This document shows, piece by piece, positions 9,454-19,134 of a stretch of 64,000 nt of DNA. Within the stretch, counting starts at the first letter, position 1, and each line of letters opens with the position of its first letter. The notes under the pieces are model-generated. The model did not search any database. It was not told the DNA's origin and worked only from the letters and a program-made list of their open reading frames with translations. Source of the DNA: a virus; IMG/VR virus record IMGVR_UViG_3300012005_000004, positions 1 through 64,000 of that record; one strand, written 5' to 3'. The translations under genes were made by a program, and so were the position numbers.

Positions 9454-9963
9454 ATGAAGTTTATCTTAGCTATCCTTGCGTTCCCATTGATTGCGTCAGC
9501 TGCTGATGTATCTCCTAAGAACGAATGGACTCCGTCTTGGCAAAATCCTAAGTATGGATTTGCGATCAAGAAGCAAGAACTTGGCTCTGGAGAACCATCC
9601 AAAGGATTTACTGAAGGGTTGGATGTTGCGGCGCCGGTTGCAGATGGGTTTTTTCACGTTCCTGGATCTATGCCTGGATTTCCAACGGCCGCTACGTTGT
9701 GGCCACGAGTACAGCCAGTTGATTGCGATCAAGTTGGAGAAAAGATCATCTGTGATGGGTACAATGTTAACCTTGCTCAAGGTCGTGGTGAGTATATCTA
9801 CATTCAACCAAACGTTCGCCAGCAACTGATCGAACGTGAGCCGCACGTAGAACATCCACCGATCATTTTGCCTCCGATGCCAACTTACACGCCGCCGAAG
9901 ATCTTCAAGAAGAAACCTCGACGTAGGCTAGTAGTAAAGAAGCCAGTTGAGATGTGTAAGTAA
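9454..9963 (+). CDS. Secreted hypothetical protein
   Basis: Signal peptide MKFILAILAFPLIASA; Pro/Lys-rich tail. Confidence 0.7.
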   Translation: MKFILAILAFPLIASAADVSPKNEWTPSWQNPKYGFAIKKQELGSGEPSKGFTEGLDVAAPVADGFFHVPGSMPGFPTAATLWPRVQPVDCDQVGEKIICDGYNVNLAQGRGEYIYIQPNVRQQLIEREPHVEHPPIILPPMPTYTPPKIFKKKPRRRLVVKKPVEMCK

Positions 9964-9966
9964 ATT

Positions 9967-9993
9967 AATAAGCGCCAAATTTGGCGCTTATTT
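9967..9993 (+). terminator. Rho-independent terminator-like hairpin
   Basis: AATAAGCGCCA-aatt-TGGCGCTTATT then T-rich. Confidence 0.7.
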
Positions 9994-9996
9994 CTT

Positions 9997-10026
9997 GTTT
10001 ACTTCACGGTGAATAAGTGATACAAT
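9997..10026 (+). promoter_or_regulatory. Early-type promoter
   Basis: GTTTAC-N18-TACAAT. Confidence 0.7.
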
Positions 10027-10057
10027 GCTTCTATTGAATACCTAACGGAATATAAAA

Positions 10058-11464
10058 ATGACCAAATCCTTTGCCGACGCGATCTCCACAACTGAAAAGA
10101 CAGGTAAGAAGGTTGAAAAGTTTGCGGCTCTGAGCGGTTTTGGTCCAGACGAAAAACGCCTCATCGAAGAGACGTTCAATCCATTCAGGGTATTTGGAGT
10201 TAAGCAATTTGACAAGCCTGAAGTTTACGCTCCATATGATGCTCACTACGATCCATTTTTCTACTTGCTCGATCAATTAAATGATCGTAAGATTACAGGT
10301 GGAGAAGCTAAGCGTTCTGTTACAGCGGTGCTTTCACTCTACACTCAAAATACCGCTAACTATCTTGAGCGGGTTCTCAGGAAAGATTTGAAGTGTGGCG
10401 CTGATGTAGATACCTTTCGTAAGATCTACCCAGACCTCAATATCCCAAGCTTTGACTTGATGCTGTGCGGAAAGATTGAATATTCAAAGGGTCCAAAAGG
10501 CGAGCTGATCTACAATCCCAAGAAATACGTTTGGGAATTTCCTTGCCTCGGTGAGGTCAAATATGACGGGAATCGACTAGTTGCATTAGTGAAGAACGGA
10601 GTGGTTGAGTACCTCTCGCGATCTGGTCTTCCTTCTGATTACTGTACCAGTCTTTTCGATGATGAGCTTGCTCTATTAGAGAAGCACGTAGGACAACCAA
10701 TCATGGTTGACGGCGAAGCACTGGGCGAAGGTTTCCAAGCTACCGCGAAGTCTAAAGGTTCAAAGAGCGACAAGTCTGGTCTTCGATTCTTTGTATTTGA
10801 CATGCTCACTGTAGCTGAGTGGGAAGCTCAAGCTTCTAACAAAGATCAAATTGCGCGTACTGGAGCTCTCTCTGTCTCGATCAAAACGCTTGGCTTGACC
10901 AAGATCATTAAGTCAAAGCATAAGATCCTTCATAACATGGAGGAGGCTAATGAGTTCTACACAGAGGTGATCGAGCTTGGGCTTCCTGGACAAGATGAAG
11001 GTTTGATCATCAAGAAGCTAACAGGTAAGTACGAGTGGAACTCCAAGAAGCGCACCACCACATGGGCTAAGTGGAAGCCTGTTCTAGACGTTGACGTAAA
11101 GATCACCGGCGTTTTGTTTGGAAACCCTGGAACAAAGAACGAAAAGCGTTGCGGAGCCTTCATCGTAGAAGGTGAAGACGAAAATGGAAATAAGATCAAG
11201 TCGAAGTGCGGGGGTTTCAAGGTCAATGACAAGAAGTTTCGCGCTTGGTTTGCTGAATTTTGCGTTGACAATAAGATTGACCTTGAGGCAGAGCTGGTAG
11301 GTCGCTCGTATGATGAAGTTTTCCGTACCTTGGCGGTTCAACGTCCGGAGCTGTTTGTTGGATATACAGCAATGATCGAGTGCCAAAATCTTTCTCAAGC
11401 TGAGAACTCTGAAACCTTTGCGCTGCGCTTCCCGCAGTTTATCCAACTAAGGAGTGATAAATGA
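10058..11464 (+). CDS. ATP-dependent DNA ligase (T4 gp30-like)
   Basis: Motif I EVKYDG, VDGE, FFVFD, EGLIIK, WAKWK, LRFPQF. Confidence 0.95.
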   Translation: MTKSFADAISTTEKTGKKVEKFAALSGFGPDEKRLIEETFNPFRVFGVKQFDKPEVYAPYDAHYDPFFYLLDQLNDRKITGGEAKRSVTAVLSLYTQNTANYLERVLRKDLKCGADVDTFRKIYPDLNIPSFDLMLCGKIEYSKGPKGELIYNPKKYVWEFPCLGEVKYDGNRLVALVKNGVVEYLSRSGLPSDYCTSLFDDELALLEKHVGQPIMVDGEALGEGFQATAKSKGSKSDKSGLRFFVFDMLTVAEWEAQASNKDQIARTGALSVSIKTLGLTKIIKSKHKILHNMEEANEFYTEVIELGLPGQDEGLIIKKLTGKYEWNSKKRTTTWAKWKPVLDVDVKITGVLFGNPGTKNEKRCGAFIVEGEDENGNKIKSKCGGFKVNDKKFRAWFAEFCVDNKIDLEAELVGRSYDEVFRTLAVQRPELFVGYTAMIECQNLSQAENSETFALRFPQFIQLRSDK

Positions 11465-11883
11465 AAAAACAACGGATCACGCTCGACATGTCAATACAAG
11501 ATATCGCCATAGAGATCTCCAGGGAAGAAGATGGAGGTTATAACCCTGGAGCTCTCCGAGTTTCGGTGGACCTCTTGCACCAAGCTGGCGCCATAGATCC
11601 AGACAACGCGCTTGGTGGGCTTGGAGTTATCTTGAGCCTGGATACATTTCAAATCTATGGTCACAAGATCTGGATACTCTACAAGGACATTTGCGGAGAG
11701 AGCATTCCATTGATGGTTTCGGTTCTTCGAGCCGTACAACAAGGAATGTTTCCAGTTATAAGCCTCAAGAATGCAATTGATGAGCATGAGCTTGGACGCC
11801 CAAAAAATCCGATCTTAACTAGTGAAAAGGTTGAAGCCCTTCGTGCTGAATTACGAAAACAGCTTCCGAACTTCAAGGGATGA
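11461..11883 (+). CDS. Hypothetical protein
   Basis: GYNPGAL...LD...IYG..IWILYKDIC motif; AGGAG SD. Confidence 0.7.
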   Translation: MKKQRITLDMSIQDIAIEISREEDGGYNPGALRVSVDLLHQAGAIDPDNALGGLGVILSLDTFQIYGHKIWILYKDICGESIPLMVSVLRAVQQGMFPVISLKNAIDEHELGRPKNPILTSEKVEALRAELRKQLPNFKG

Positions 11884-11884
11884 A

Positions 11885-12205
11885 ATGAATCCACTACTTG
11901 ATATTCGATGGATAACTCGACACGGTGAACCCATCAAGATCCGAGACATGACAGAAGCTCACGCTAAGAATTCACTTGCGTTCATCATGGACAAGATCGC
12001 GGCCGGACATCCGGTGTGGTGCGATCCTATCACCGGTCAATTTAAGTATGATCCAACTAAAACTAATGCGCCATTTGTCGCCAGGTCTCTTGAGCGCGGC
12101 TTGATCATCTCGCAGATGAATGATCTTCTTGATAAGATCAAAGATCCGATGAATGACATGTTAGCGGAAAAGATCAAGGATCCGAGAAACTCAAACAATA
12201 TCTAA
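11885..12205 (+). CDS. Hypothetical protein
   Basis: W.T..G..I.I.DMT..H..N motif common in phages. Confidence 0.65.
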   Translation: MNPLLDIRWITRHGEPIKIRDMTEAHAKNSLAFIMDKIAAGHPVWCDPITGQFKYDPTKTNAPFVARSLERGLIISQMNDLLDKIKDPMNDMLAEKIKDPRNSNNI

Positions 12206-13234
12206 ATGGACATCTACTCTCTAACGGCGAAGAAGCTTCTGGCGATCTCAGTTCCTGAGAAGCTGTTTACCCGTGATGGGTTAAAGAAGGAATGGCAAAA
12301 GCTATCCTCTAAGTGGCACCCAGACAAGAATGAAGCGGTTGATCATGGTGTGTTATCTCACATTAACATGCTTTATAATCAAGCCTTAGATAAGGTGGCG
12401 AAGGACCTTTGGGTAATTCCTGGACAGCTAGACCTTAGCTCTAAAGATGGAAGAAAGTTTCAGATTCACTATAAGAAGCACCGTGAGCTCGAGCTCGGTG
12501 ATATGTACATAAGCGACACGGTCGTCGCTTACATCATTAAACCTGGTAACTCAGACCTGGTAGCTTCAGCCAAGAAGATCACGTCTTCATTTTCATACGA
12601 TGGTGACGACATGAAGAAGGAGTACGCTAAGTATCTCCCGGAAACTATAGTCTCAACCCAGCTTATAGACGGTTCAGAGCTGATCGTTTACAAGAAAACG
12701 GCAGATGTGTTTTGTCTTCGAGATGTTCTTGAGCATTATGGAACGATCGACCCGAAGCACGTTGCTTGGATCATGAGCCGGTTGTATAACCTAAGCTGCT
12801 ACCTCAAGTGGGCGGGCGTAGCTCACAATCACATCTCTCCAGACACGATCTTTATCTCCGCTAAGTTTCACTCAGCGTTGTTGCTCGGTGGGTGGTGGTA
12901 CTCAACGATAATTGGAGAGAAGATGGTAGCCTTACCAAAGAGAACGATCGAGAACATAAGCCCTGCCTTGATCAAGGCTAAGGTAGGAACCGTTAAGGTT
13001 GACTCTGAGCTGATCAAAGCAACAGGACGAGAGCTGCTTGGAGACATTCATGGAATGAAGCTCTTGACAGATAAGAGCATCCCTAAAGCTTTCTTGATGT
13101 GGTTGCGTACTCCAGCTAACGGAAAACCGGTCGCTGATTACAAATTGTGGTACAATAAGATCTTACCAGACAGCTTTGGTCCTCGAAAATTTGTGAAGAT
13201 GGAGCTGTCGTCGAAAGAGGTATATGATGCTTAA
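12206..13234 (+). CDS. J-domain (HPD) fused to protein-kinase-like domain
   Basis: KWHPDK J-domain; kinase-like HVAWI..RL...HNHISPDTIFI...LLGGWWY (degenerate catalytic loop). Confidence 0.75.
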   Translation: MDIYSLTAKKLLAISVPEKLFTRDGLKKEWQKLSSKWHPDKNEAVDHGVLSHINMLYNQALDKVAKDLWVIPGQLDLSSKDGRKFQIHYKKHRELELGDMYISDTVVAYIIKPGNSDLVASAKKITSSFSYDGDDMKKEYAKYLPETIVSTQLIDGSELIVYKKTADVFCLRDVLEHYGTIDPKHVAWIMSRLYNLSCYLKWAGVAHNHISPDTIFISAKFHSALLLGGWWYSTIIGEKMVALPKRTIENISPALIKAKVGTVKVDSELIKATGRELLGDIHGMKLLTDKSIPKAFLMWLRTPANGKPVADYKLWYNKILPDSFGPRKFVKMELSSKEVYDA

Positions 13235-13403
13235 AGAGCTAACGTATGGATTGCTGCTGATTATAATGTTAGTTGGTGGATTTTTCTTGGGGGTTCAAGC
13301 AGTAACGTTGAGCGTAGATAATGCTTGTTCTCAGTCAGGAACGTGGCAACATGCAGGTCATTTTGGTGCACTGGGCGGAAAGATTACATGCAAGGTAGTT
13401 TAA
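13224..13403 (+). CDS. Small membrane protein (59 aa, not in ORF track)
   Basis: GAGG SD; hydrophobic helix then Cys pair. Confidence 0.55.
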   Translation: MMLKELTYGLLLIIMLVGGFFLGVQAVTLSVDNACSQSGTWQHAGHFGALGGKITCKVV

Positions 13404-13435
13404 CGAGTCAATCGACTCACATTTAGGAGAATGAC

Positions 13436-14377
13436 ATGGGTGGTGGTACATGGGATCCAGGTAAGTGGGATGACACTTCGCGAGCAACAAAAGCGAAAAC
13501 TATTGACAAGGTTTTTACAACTTCAGCCGCATCGGTTGCGGCGAACGGGATCGACAAAGACCTCGACCCGATGAACGTCGCATTTCGAGAATCATGCGAC
13601 TCTGTTGATCATCCAAATTCGACAGCGCTGATCGCAGCACTTGATGTTACTGGTTCAATGGGGCACATTGCGCATCAGATGGCATCTGAAAGTCTCGGCG
13701 TTCTGTTCAAGGAGATCCTTGATCGTAAACCGATCTCTGATCCTCACCTGATGTTCATGGCCGTTGGTGATGCAGCAGCTGGTGATCGTGCTCCGTTGCA
13801 AGTGTCTCAGTTCGAGTCAGACAACCGCATCATTGATCAACTGACCAAGATCTACCTTGAAGGGAATGGCGGTGGTAACAGCTCCGAGTCGTACACTTTG
13901 CCTTGGTACTTCGCCGCCATGCACACGTCAATCGATTGCTTTAAGAAGCGCGGCAAGAAGGGTTACCTCTTCACGATGGGCGATGAGATGTGTCCGCGGA
14001 CTCTAACTGCTGGAGAGATCAAATCTGTTCTCGGAGATGATGTTCAAACCAACTACACCACCGAGCAGCTTCTTGAGATGGTCTCTAAGTCATACCACGT
14101 TTTCCACATCGTGATCGAACAAGGAAGCCACTTTAGGCATTCTCCAGGAGAAGTTACAGCTTCGTGGAAAGGAGTTCTCGGTCAGCACGCTCTGTTCTTG
14201 TCCGATCACACCAAGCTGTCCGAGGTCATCGTTTCGACGATCCAGGTCATCGAAGGCGAAGACAAGGACAAGGTCGCCGCATCGTGGGGTGGAGATACCT
14301 CGATCGTGGTCGGTAAAGCTATCGGTGGTCTCAGCACTGACGTTGATAGCATTACGTCGAGTGTGGTTAGGCTTTAA
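13436..14377 (+). CDS. von Willebrand A domain protein
   Basis: MIDAS-like LDVTGSMG, GNGGGN..ESY, FTMGDE. Confidence 0.85.
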   Translation: MGGGTWDPGKWDDTSRATKAKTIDKVFTTSAASVAANGIDKDLDPMNVAFRESCDSVDHPNSTALIAALDVTGSMGHIAHQMASESLGVLFKEILDRKPISDPHLMFMAVGDAAAGDRAPLQVSQFESDNRIIDQLTKIYLEGNGGGNSSESYTLPWYFAAMHTSIDCFKKRGKKGYLFTMGDEMCPRTLTAGEIKSVLGDDVQTNYTTEQLLEMVSKSYHVFHIVIEQGSHFRHSPGEVTASWKGVLGQHALFLSDHTKLSEVIVSTIQVIEGEDKDKVAASWGGDTSIVVGKAIGGLSTDVDSITSSVVRL

Positions 14378-14399
14378 CATTTTTTGAAGTTGTTTGATT

Positions 14400-14427
14400 A
14401 AAAGCCCGGAAATTTTCCGGGCTTTTT
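14400..14427. terminator. Bidirectional terminator hairpin (identical copy at 56553)
   Basis: AAAAGCCCGGAA-att-TTCCGGGCTTTT. Confidence 0.8.
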
Positions 14428-14435
14428 CTTATTTC

Positions 14436-14465
14436 ATATACAAGAGCTTGAAGCTATGTTATAAT
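14436..14465 (+). promoter_or_regulatory. Early-type promoter (likely leaderless transcript)
   Basis: ATATAC-N18-TATAAT; ATG 6 nt after -10. Confidence 0.65.
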
Positions 14466-14471
14466 TATTTG

Positions 14472-14654
14472 ATGGAAATTCTAAACAAATTAATCAAGTT
14501 GATAACTCCTAAGCCAAGAGTTATTGTCCCAGAATCTGGAATGGTAGCTTACGAGGATGGATTTAGGCTAGCTCAAAATCCATTTCGCGAGCATACACCA
14601 GACCATTCGATCTGGCGCGATGATTGGCTTTTTTCTGCAGGGAGATTTCGTTGA
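14472..14654 (+). CDS. Hypothetical protein
   Basis: AYEDG....NPF......W...W motif; start 14472 preferred. Confidence 0.55.
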   Translation: MEILNKLIKLITPKPRVIVPESGMVAYEDGFRLAQNPFREHTPDHSIWRDDWLFSAGRFR

Positions 14655-14806
14655 GCACACTGAGAGACCCAAGCCCACGGTTGAAAGCGGTACTACGCCA
14701 AATGGAGCTGATGAGCCAATTTCCTGCACAACCTTATAAAGTCAAAGTAGAAGGCGGAAAGATGACGGTCACGAAGCCGAAAAGGATCATAAATGAAAAC
14801 ACCTAA
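14651..14806 (+). CDS. Hypothetical protein
   Basis: TTG start with GGGAG SD, overlaps neighbours. Confidence 0.45.
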   Translation: MSTLRDPSPRLKAVLRQMELMSQFPAQPYKVKVEGGKMTVTKPKRIINENT

Positions 14807-16046
14807 GGTTGTTATCGGAGCTGGGTACGGTGATGAAGGCAAAGGTTTAATCACAGATTACTTGTGTGCGAAGCACGGAGCTGATGTCGTAATTAGATTC
14901 AATGGTGGAGCTCAAGCAGGCCACACCGTTCAAACCCCAGCTGGTGAGCGTCACGTCTTTAGCCATTTCGGCTCTGGGATGTACGCCGGCGCAGCTACGT
15001 TCCTCAGTAAGTTCTTCATCGTTAACCCGATCGCCTTCTTCAAGGAGGTAGAGCTTCTCTATTCTCCGTTGAGGGCCACCGTTCCAGATTTGTTCATCGA
15101 TCCCTACGCGATGGTTAGCACTCCGTATGACATGATCATCAATCAAATGCTTGAGCAAGAGCGCGGCAACGGACGAGTCGGCGCCAAGAAGCATGGAAGT
15201 TGTGGATTGGGTATCGGTGAAACTGTTGAGCGTTGCGAGAACTTAGCTCATGATGCTGGGATATTGTGGCATGAAGTCGAAGACTTCCCTATGTTTGAAG
15301 CAAAAATGAAGTACGTTCGAGATGTGTGGTATCCAACCCGTTGTGCTCAGCTAGGACTGGACCCAGATCTCGGTGCGCACGTCGCCAAGAATGATAACAT
15401 CTTCAACAACTTCATCGAAGATACCAAGCTGATGGCCACTTACGTCAAGGTAATGGATTCAGATTACCTTGACGGCGCTAATCAGATAGTGTTTGAAGGT
15501 GCTCAAGGATTGATGCTTGACCAGGATTATGGGATCGCTCCACACATTACTCGGTCAAACACCGGCATCTTAAACGTGTTGGACATTTGCGGTGATGTTG
15601 GAATTCAAGAGTTAGATGTTACTTATGTGACGAGGTGTTACACCACGAGACACGGAGCTGGTCCGTTAGACCATGAGCTGATTGTTCCACCATATCGATC
15701 AATCGTTGACCAGACAAACGTTCCTAATTCATTTCAGGGTTCGCTGAGGTTCGCTAACTTAGATCTCAATGTAATTAAAAATGCGATCGACAATGACCTT
15801 TATCGTGGTAGCATATACTTGCCACCGCCATACATGAAGGTGAACGCTGGACTAGCCGTAACGTGCTTAGATCAACTCAACGGAGAAGACGCTAAGTTTT
15901 ATTCTGGTGGATCTCTCGTTAAGGTAAAATCAGATGCATATGGAGATGCGGCCGACTATATCAATAACTTTGTAGGGTTGAAATCTCCAGTTATCAAGAG
16001 CTACGGACCAACTAGAGCAGATGTTATCCAAAAGGAAATTGTATGA
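14793..16046 (+). CDS. purA: Adenylosuccinate-synthetase-like protein (divergent PurA clade)
   Basis: GAGYGDEGKG, RFNGGAQAGHT, HGSCG.GIG, FEGAQG.MLD, YTTRHGAGP; canonical TTGRxRR loop absent. Confidence 0.85.
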   Translation: MKTPKVVIGAGYGDEGKGLITDYLCAKHGADVVIRFNGGAQAGHTVQTPAGERHVFSHFGSGMYAGAATFLSKFFIVNPIAFFKEVELLYSPLRATVPDLFIDPYAMVSTPYDMIINQMLEQERGNGRVGAKKHGSCGLGIGETVERCENLAHDAGILWHEVEDFPMFEAKMKYVRDVWYPTRCAQLGLDPDLGAHVAKNDNIFNNFIEDTKLMATYVKVMDSDYLDGANQIVFEGAQGLMLDQDYGIAPHITRSNTGILNVLDICGDVGIQELDVTYVTRCYTTRHGAGPLDHELIVPPYRSIVDQTNVPNSFQGSLRFANLDLNVIKNAIDNDLYRGSIYLPPPYMKVNAGLAVTCLDQLNGEDAKFYSGGSLVKVKSDAYGDAADYINNFVGLKSPVIKSYGPTRADVIQKEIV

Positions 16047-16525
16047 AACCTTATGACCTGGGCTCAGCTGAACTTCGCACAATGCAAGCTGAAATGAATG
16101 GAGCTAGCAAAGCTCCTTCTATTGATAGGTGCGTTGAAGACCGACGATCAATGTCATTATCTGATCTTGATCTTGCTCTTTCGGTCGCTCGTAAACAATT
16201 CGAAGACGTAAAAGCTGAAGTCCAAGAAGCAAATCGAATCCAAGCTGAGCGAGAACAAAAAGCTTATCAATCCGTCGAGAAAATTCAACGACAAATCATC
16301 GACACCAAGAAAGCTGAAGTCGAACCGGTAGTCTCCGAGCATGCGCTGCTCAGATGGTTAGAGCGGGTGATGCGTATCGACATGAATGAAGTTACAAAGC
16401 GAATCCTTGATGAAAGTACCAAGTCAAAGATCATGTTCGCCGGTAGCGGTAAGATATACAAAGATGGAGTTTGCATCGTCTTTAAGAATAAGACGGTGGT
16501 AACAGTATCAGTTAAGGACAAATGA
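16043..16525 (+). CDS. Hypothetical coiled-coil protein
   Basis: Coiled coil then VSEHALLRWLERV motif. Confidence 0.7.
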   Translation: MKPYDLGSAELRTMQAEMNGASKAPSIDRCVEDRRSMSLSDLDLALSVARKQFEDVKAEVQEANRIQAEREQKAYQSVEKIQRQIIDTKKAEVEPVVSEHALLRWLERVMRIDMNEVTKRILDESTKSKIMFAGSGKIYKDGVCIVFKNKTVVTVSVKDK

Positions 16526-17379
16526 AACATATTCGATTCGCCAGTGACATTCACCTGGACTTTGACATCGCAGCCTGGCACAAGGGGTTGCGAAGAAGTC
16601 ACGGAGTGATGTGTGACATGGACATGCTCTGGTATCCAGAGCCGATGGAAGGCGATGACGAAACGACGCTAGTGATTCCTGGAGACCTCTGGGTAGAGCG
16701 CAGGTTCTTGAGCCAAAAGCATCCCGCCACAAAGAAAAGCTGGATGCAAGAGCTGTCAGGACGCTTTAAGTACGTTGTGTTTGTGCTTGGTAATCATGAT
16801 TATTGGGGTCAAAACCTAAGCAAAGAACCAGGACGAATCAAATCGGTCATCAATGATGACAAGCTGACGAATGTGTTCTTTCTAGAAAATCTGTCGATCG
16901 TTCTCGACCAGGTTAAGTTTCTCGGTGGAACGCTCTGGACAGACTTTGCTAGGCAAGATCCTCTATTGATGTTCAATGCACCAAACGTAATGAATGACTA
17001 CAAGTACATTCGAAATGGCGCAAGCTTTGGGAGGTTGCACCCAAGAGACTTGCTTGCCGCTCACCTGAAGACACGATCATTCATCAGTAACAATTGCGTC
17101 AAGGATGATCCAGCACAGCGTATCATGGTGGTAACTCACATGGCTCCATCATACATGTCTTATGCTAAAGCTCCATTTAGCTCTAAGTACCAACCGTACT
17201 ACGCTTCGGACCTATCGGACATGATCTTAGATGATTGCCAAGACGCCGAGTGGTGGCTTCATGGTCATATTCATGATCCTGCCGATTACATGATCGGAAA
17301 CACCAGAGTAATGTGTAATCCACGAGGTTACTCCAGACAACAAATTAAGTGGGACCCTTTGATGAGGATAGATCTATGA
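16522..17379 (+). CDS. Calcineurin-like metallophosphoesterase
   Basis: SDIH, PGD, GNHD, VTHMAP, HGHIH, NPRGY. Confidence 0.9.
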   Translation: MKHIRFASDIHLDFDIAAWHKGLRRSHGVMCDMDMLWYPEPMEGDDETTLVIPGDLWVERRFLSQKHPATKKSWMQELSGRFKYVVFVLGNHDYWGQNLSKEPGRIKSVINDDKLTNVFFLENLSIVLDQVKFLGGTLWTDFARQDPLLMFNAPNVMNDYKYIRNGASFGRLHPRDLLAAHLKTRSFISNNCVKDDPAQRIMVVTHMAPSYMSYAKAPFSSKYQPYYASDLSDMILDDCQDAEWWLHGHIHDPADYMIGNTRVMCNPRGYSRQQIKWDPLMRIDL

Positions 17380-17759
17380 GCACTACATTCGATAAGTTTA
17401 TGGTTAAAGACCAATATGGTTCACCGCAGTATCGCTTGAATGAAAGACTGGCAACGGCTCAAGGAGTCACCGATGAACAGCTGACGAAGCTTCGTGACTT
17501 GCACCAGCAAAAGCTTATGCTGTTTGAGCAGATGGAGCTTCTTGATCCAACTACTGAACCTGGACGGCTTAAGTCACTAGCTTTCGCGGTGGAACAGATT
17601 GAATTCGACCTGCAAGCAAATTGGAACTTTCCTCAAGATCCAAACTTTCACGAATGGTATCTGGTTCCTCATTGTAAGTGTCCGACTCTAGACAACCGCG
17701 ATCGAAAGGGGACACAGTTCAAGGTCATTTCAACATTCTGTCCGATTCACGGAAAATAA
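17376..17759 (+). CDS. Conserved phage hypothetical protein
   Basis: LQ..WNF..D.NFH.W...P.C.CP..DN...CPIHG. Confidence 0.7.
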   Translation: MSTTFDKFMVKDQYGSPQYRLNERLATAQGVTDEQLTKLRDLHQQKLMLFEQMELLDPTTEPGRLKSLAFAVEQIEFDLQANWNFPQDPNFHEWYLVPHCKCPTLDNRDRKGTQFKVISTFCPIHGK

Positions 17760-17760
17760 G

Positions 17761-18021
17761 ATGAAAATAAGATTTAGCACAATTGTGGTGTTTGTGCTTG
17801 CTGGTGTTGTTATTTTCTTAGCATGTTCTCTCTTAGCGATTTCAATCTCTATGGCATTCCATACGATCTTCACGAAGAGATCATCACCTGAGTGTAGGAA
17901 TGAAATTGTTGTGTCGATCGTCAAGGCTGAGTATCGAACAGTGACGGTCAAAACGGAGTCAGGTAAGTTATTGCGGTTAGACCAACCAACCGTTAAACCA
18001 GGAGATAAGATCTGCGTATGA
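17761..18021 (+). CDS. Membrane-anchored hypothetical protein
   Basis: N-terminal TM helix. Confidence 0.6.
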   Translation: MKIRFSTIVVFVLAGVVIFLACSLLAISISMAFHTIFTKRSSPECRNEIVVSIVKAEYRTVTVKTESGKLLRLDQPTVKPGDKICV

Positions 18022-18248
18022 TAGTTTATGGTTTCTTCTACAATAGCTGCATCTTTGAGAGCGCCCCAGGGCTCCAGTCCTTGCACTTAACGAAGGCTGG
18101 AGCGTATAAGGCTATGAGAGCTGATATGATCAAGGTGGCGATGGAAGACCGTGAAAATTCTCCGTATAAGTCTAAAGGTTGGACTAAAGAAAAACCAATC
18201 GATTGGCGTTCTTGGTCCATAAAGAAACTAGAGGTTCAAGATGAGTGA
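18018..18248 (+). CDS. Hypothetical protein
   Basis: ATGA overlap. Confidence 0.6.
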   Translation: MIVYGFFYNSCIFESAPGLQSLHLTKAGAYKAMRADMIKVAMEDRENSPYKSKGWTKEKPIDWRSWSIKKLEVQDE

Positions 18249-18492
18249 TATTCATAGACGTTCAGATGAGACTATAAGAAAAGATTCATTTTGGAACATA
18301 GCTGAACAAAACAATCGGTGTGAATATGCAGTTTGTGTCAACATCCCAGGTTTTCCAGATGCAGAAATTTTAGATGCTTATGAAGCTTGGCTAAATGAAC
18401 AAAGCATAAAATACTATTTCTATTACTTCTTTATCTTTTTTAAGAATGAAGAAGACGCTATAGCATTTAATTTACGTTGGGTATTAAGATGA
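18241..18492 (+). CDS. Hypothetical protein
   Basis: C-terminal F.NEEDAIAF.LRW motif common in phages. Confidence 0.6.
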   Translation: MSDIHRRSDETIRKDSFWNIAEQNNRCEYAVCVNIPGFPDAEILDAYEAWLNEQSIKYYFYYFFIFFKNEEDAIAFNLRWVLR

Positions 18493-18797
18493 AAATGAAA
18501 AGATCTAATTTTGATGTAGTTATGCGTGCGCTATCAGAATATGTTCCAGTCACACTAGGTGGTAGAGTTTATCGGCTTATCAAGGCAGGTGACCCAATAG
18601 TCGCAGTGTCTGGTGTTTTTGAATCAGATCACGACGTACTCTGCCACGTTCTTCAAATGTTCAAAAATGAAAGCAAGGCTTATGCAGAAATAACTCTTCC
18701 GGCAGATCTCACCGTTAATAACTTGATCGAGCTCGCAGATTCTTTAACCGAAGAAGATATAATTAATTGTATCTTCAGCCATGCTGGTCGAATCTAA
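18489..18797 (+). CDS. Hypothetical protein
   Basis: Operon packing. Confidence 0.6.
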   Translation: MKMKRSNFDVVMRALSEYVPVTLGGRVYRLIKAGDPIVAVSGVFESDHDVLCHVLQMFKNESKAYAEITLPADLTVNNLIELADSLTEEDIINCIFSHAGRI

Positions 18798-19066
18798 TGA
18801 CAGCGTACCAAGACAACTGGGAAAAGATCTTTGGAAAGAAGAAGGTAAAGCCGAAGATCATTCAACCGTTGCGATCTACCGTCGCATACTGGGATCCTGA
18901 TAAGCCAGACATTGTCTCGGCTCTAAGCTCAAATGTTGACTCTTTAGATAAAGAATCTTTGATCTCCTTAGTTCGAGAGCTTGATCGACGATTCATCCAG
19001 CTTTGGGATAAGGTCTCATTTGAGCAAGAACATGGTCTTCTTGACTATGAAAAGCTGGTGAAATAA
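18797..19066 (+). CDS. Hypothetical protein
   Basis: TAATG overlap; AYQDNWEKIFGKK motif. Confidence 0.6.
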   Translation: MTAYQDNWEKIFGKKKVKPKIIQPLRSTVAYWDPDKPDIVSALSSNVDSLDKESLISLVRELDRRFIQLWDKVSFEQEHGLLDYEKLVK

Positions 19067-19068
19067 TT

Positions 19069-19098
19069 GTGTACTTGTTGAGTTCATTGAGTTATAAT
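19069..19098 (+). promoter_or_regulatory. Early-type promoter
   Basis: GTGTAC-N18-TATAAT. Confidence 0.75.
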
Positions 19099-19134
19099 GC
19101 TTTGTGTTAGTCCATCTAAACGGAGCGTAATAAA

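Noticed and set aside
14793-16046. PurZ (2-aminoadenine Z-genome) interpretation
   Set aside because: The P-loop retains the PurA Asp (GDEGKG) rather than the Ser of PurZ, and no DatZ/MazZ-like neighbours are recognisable
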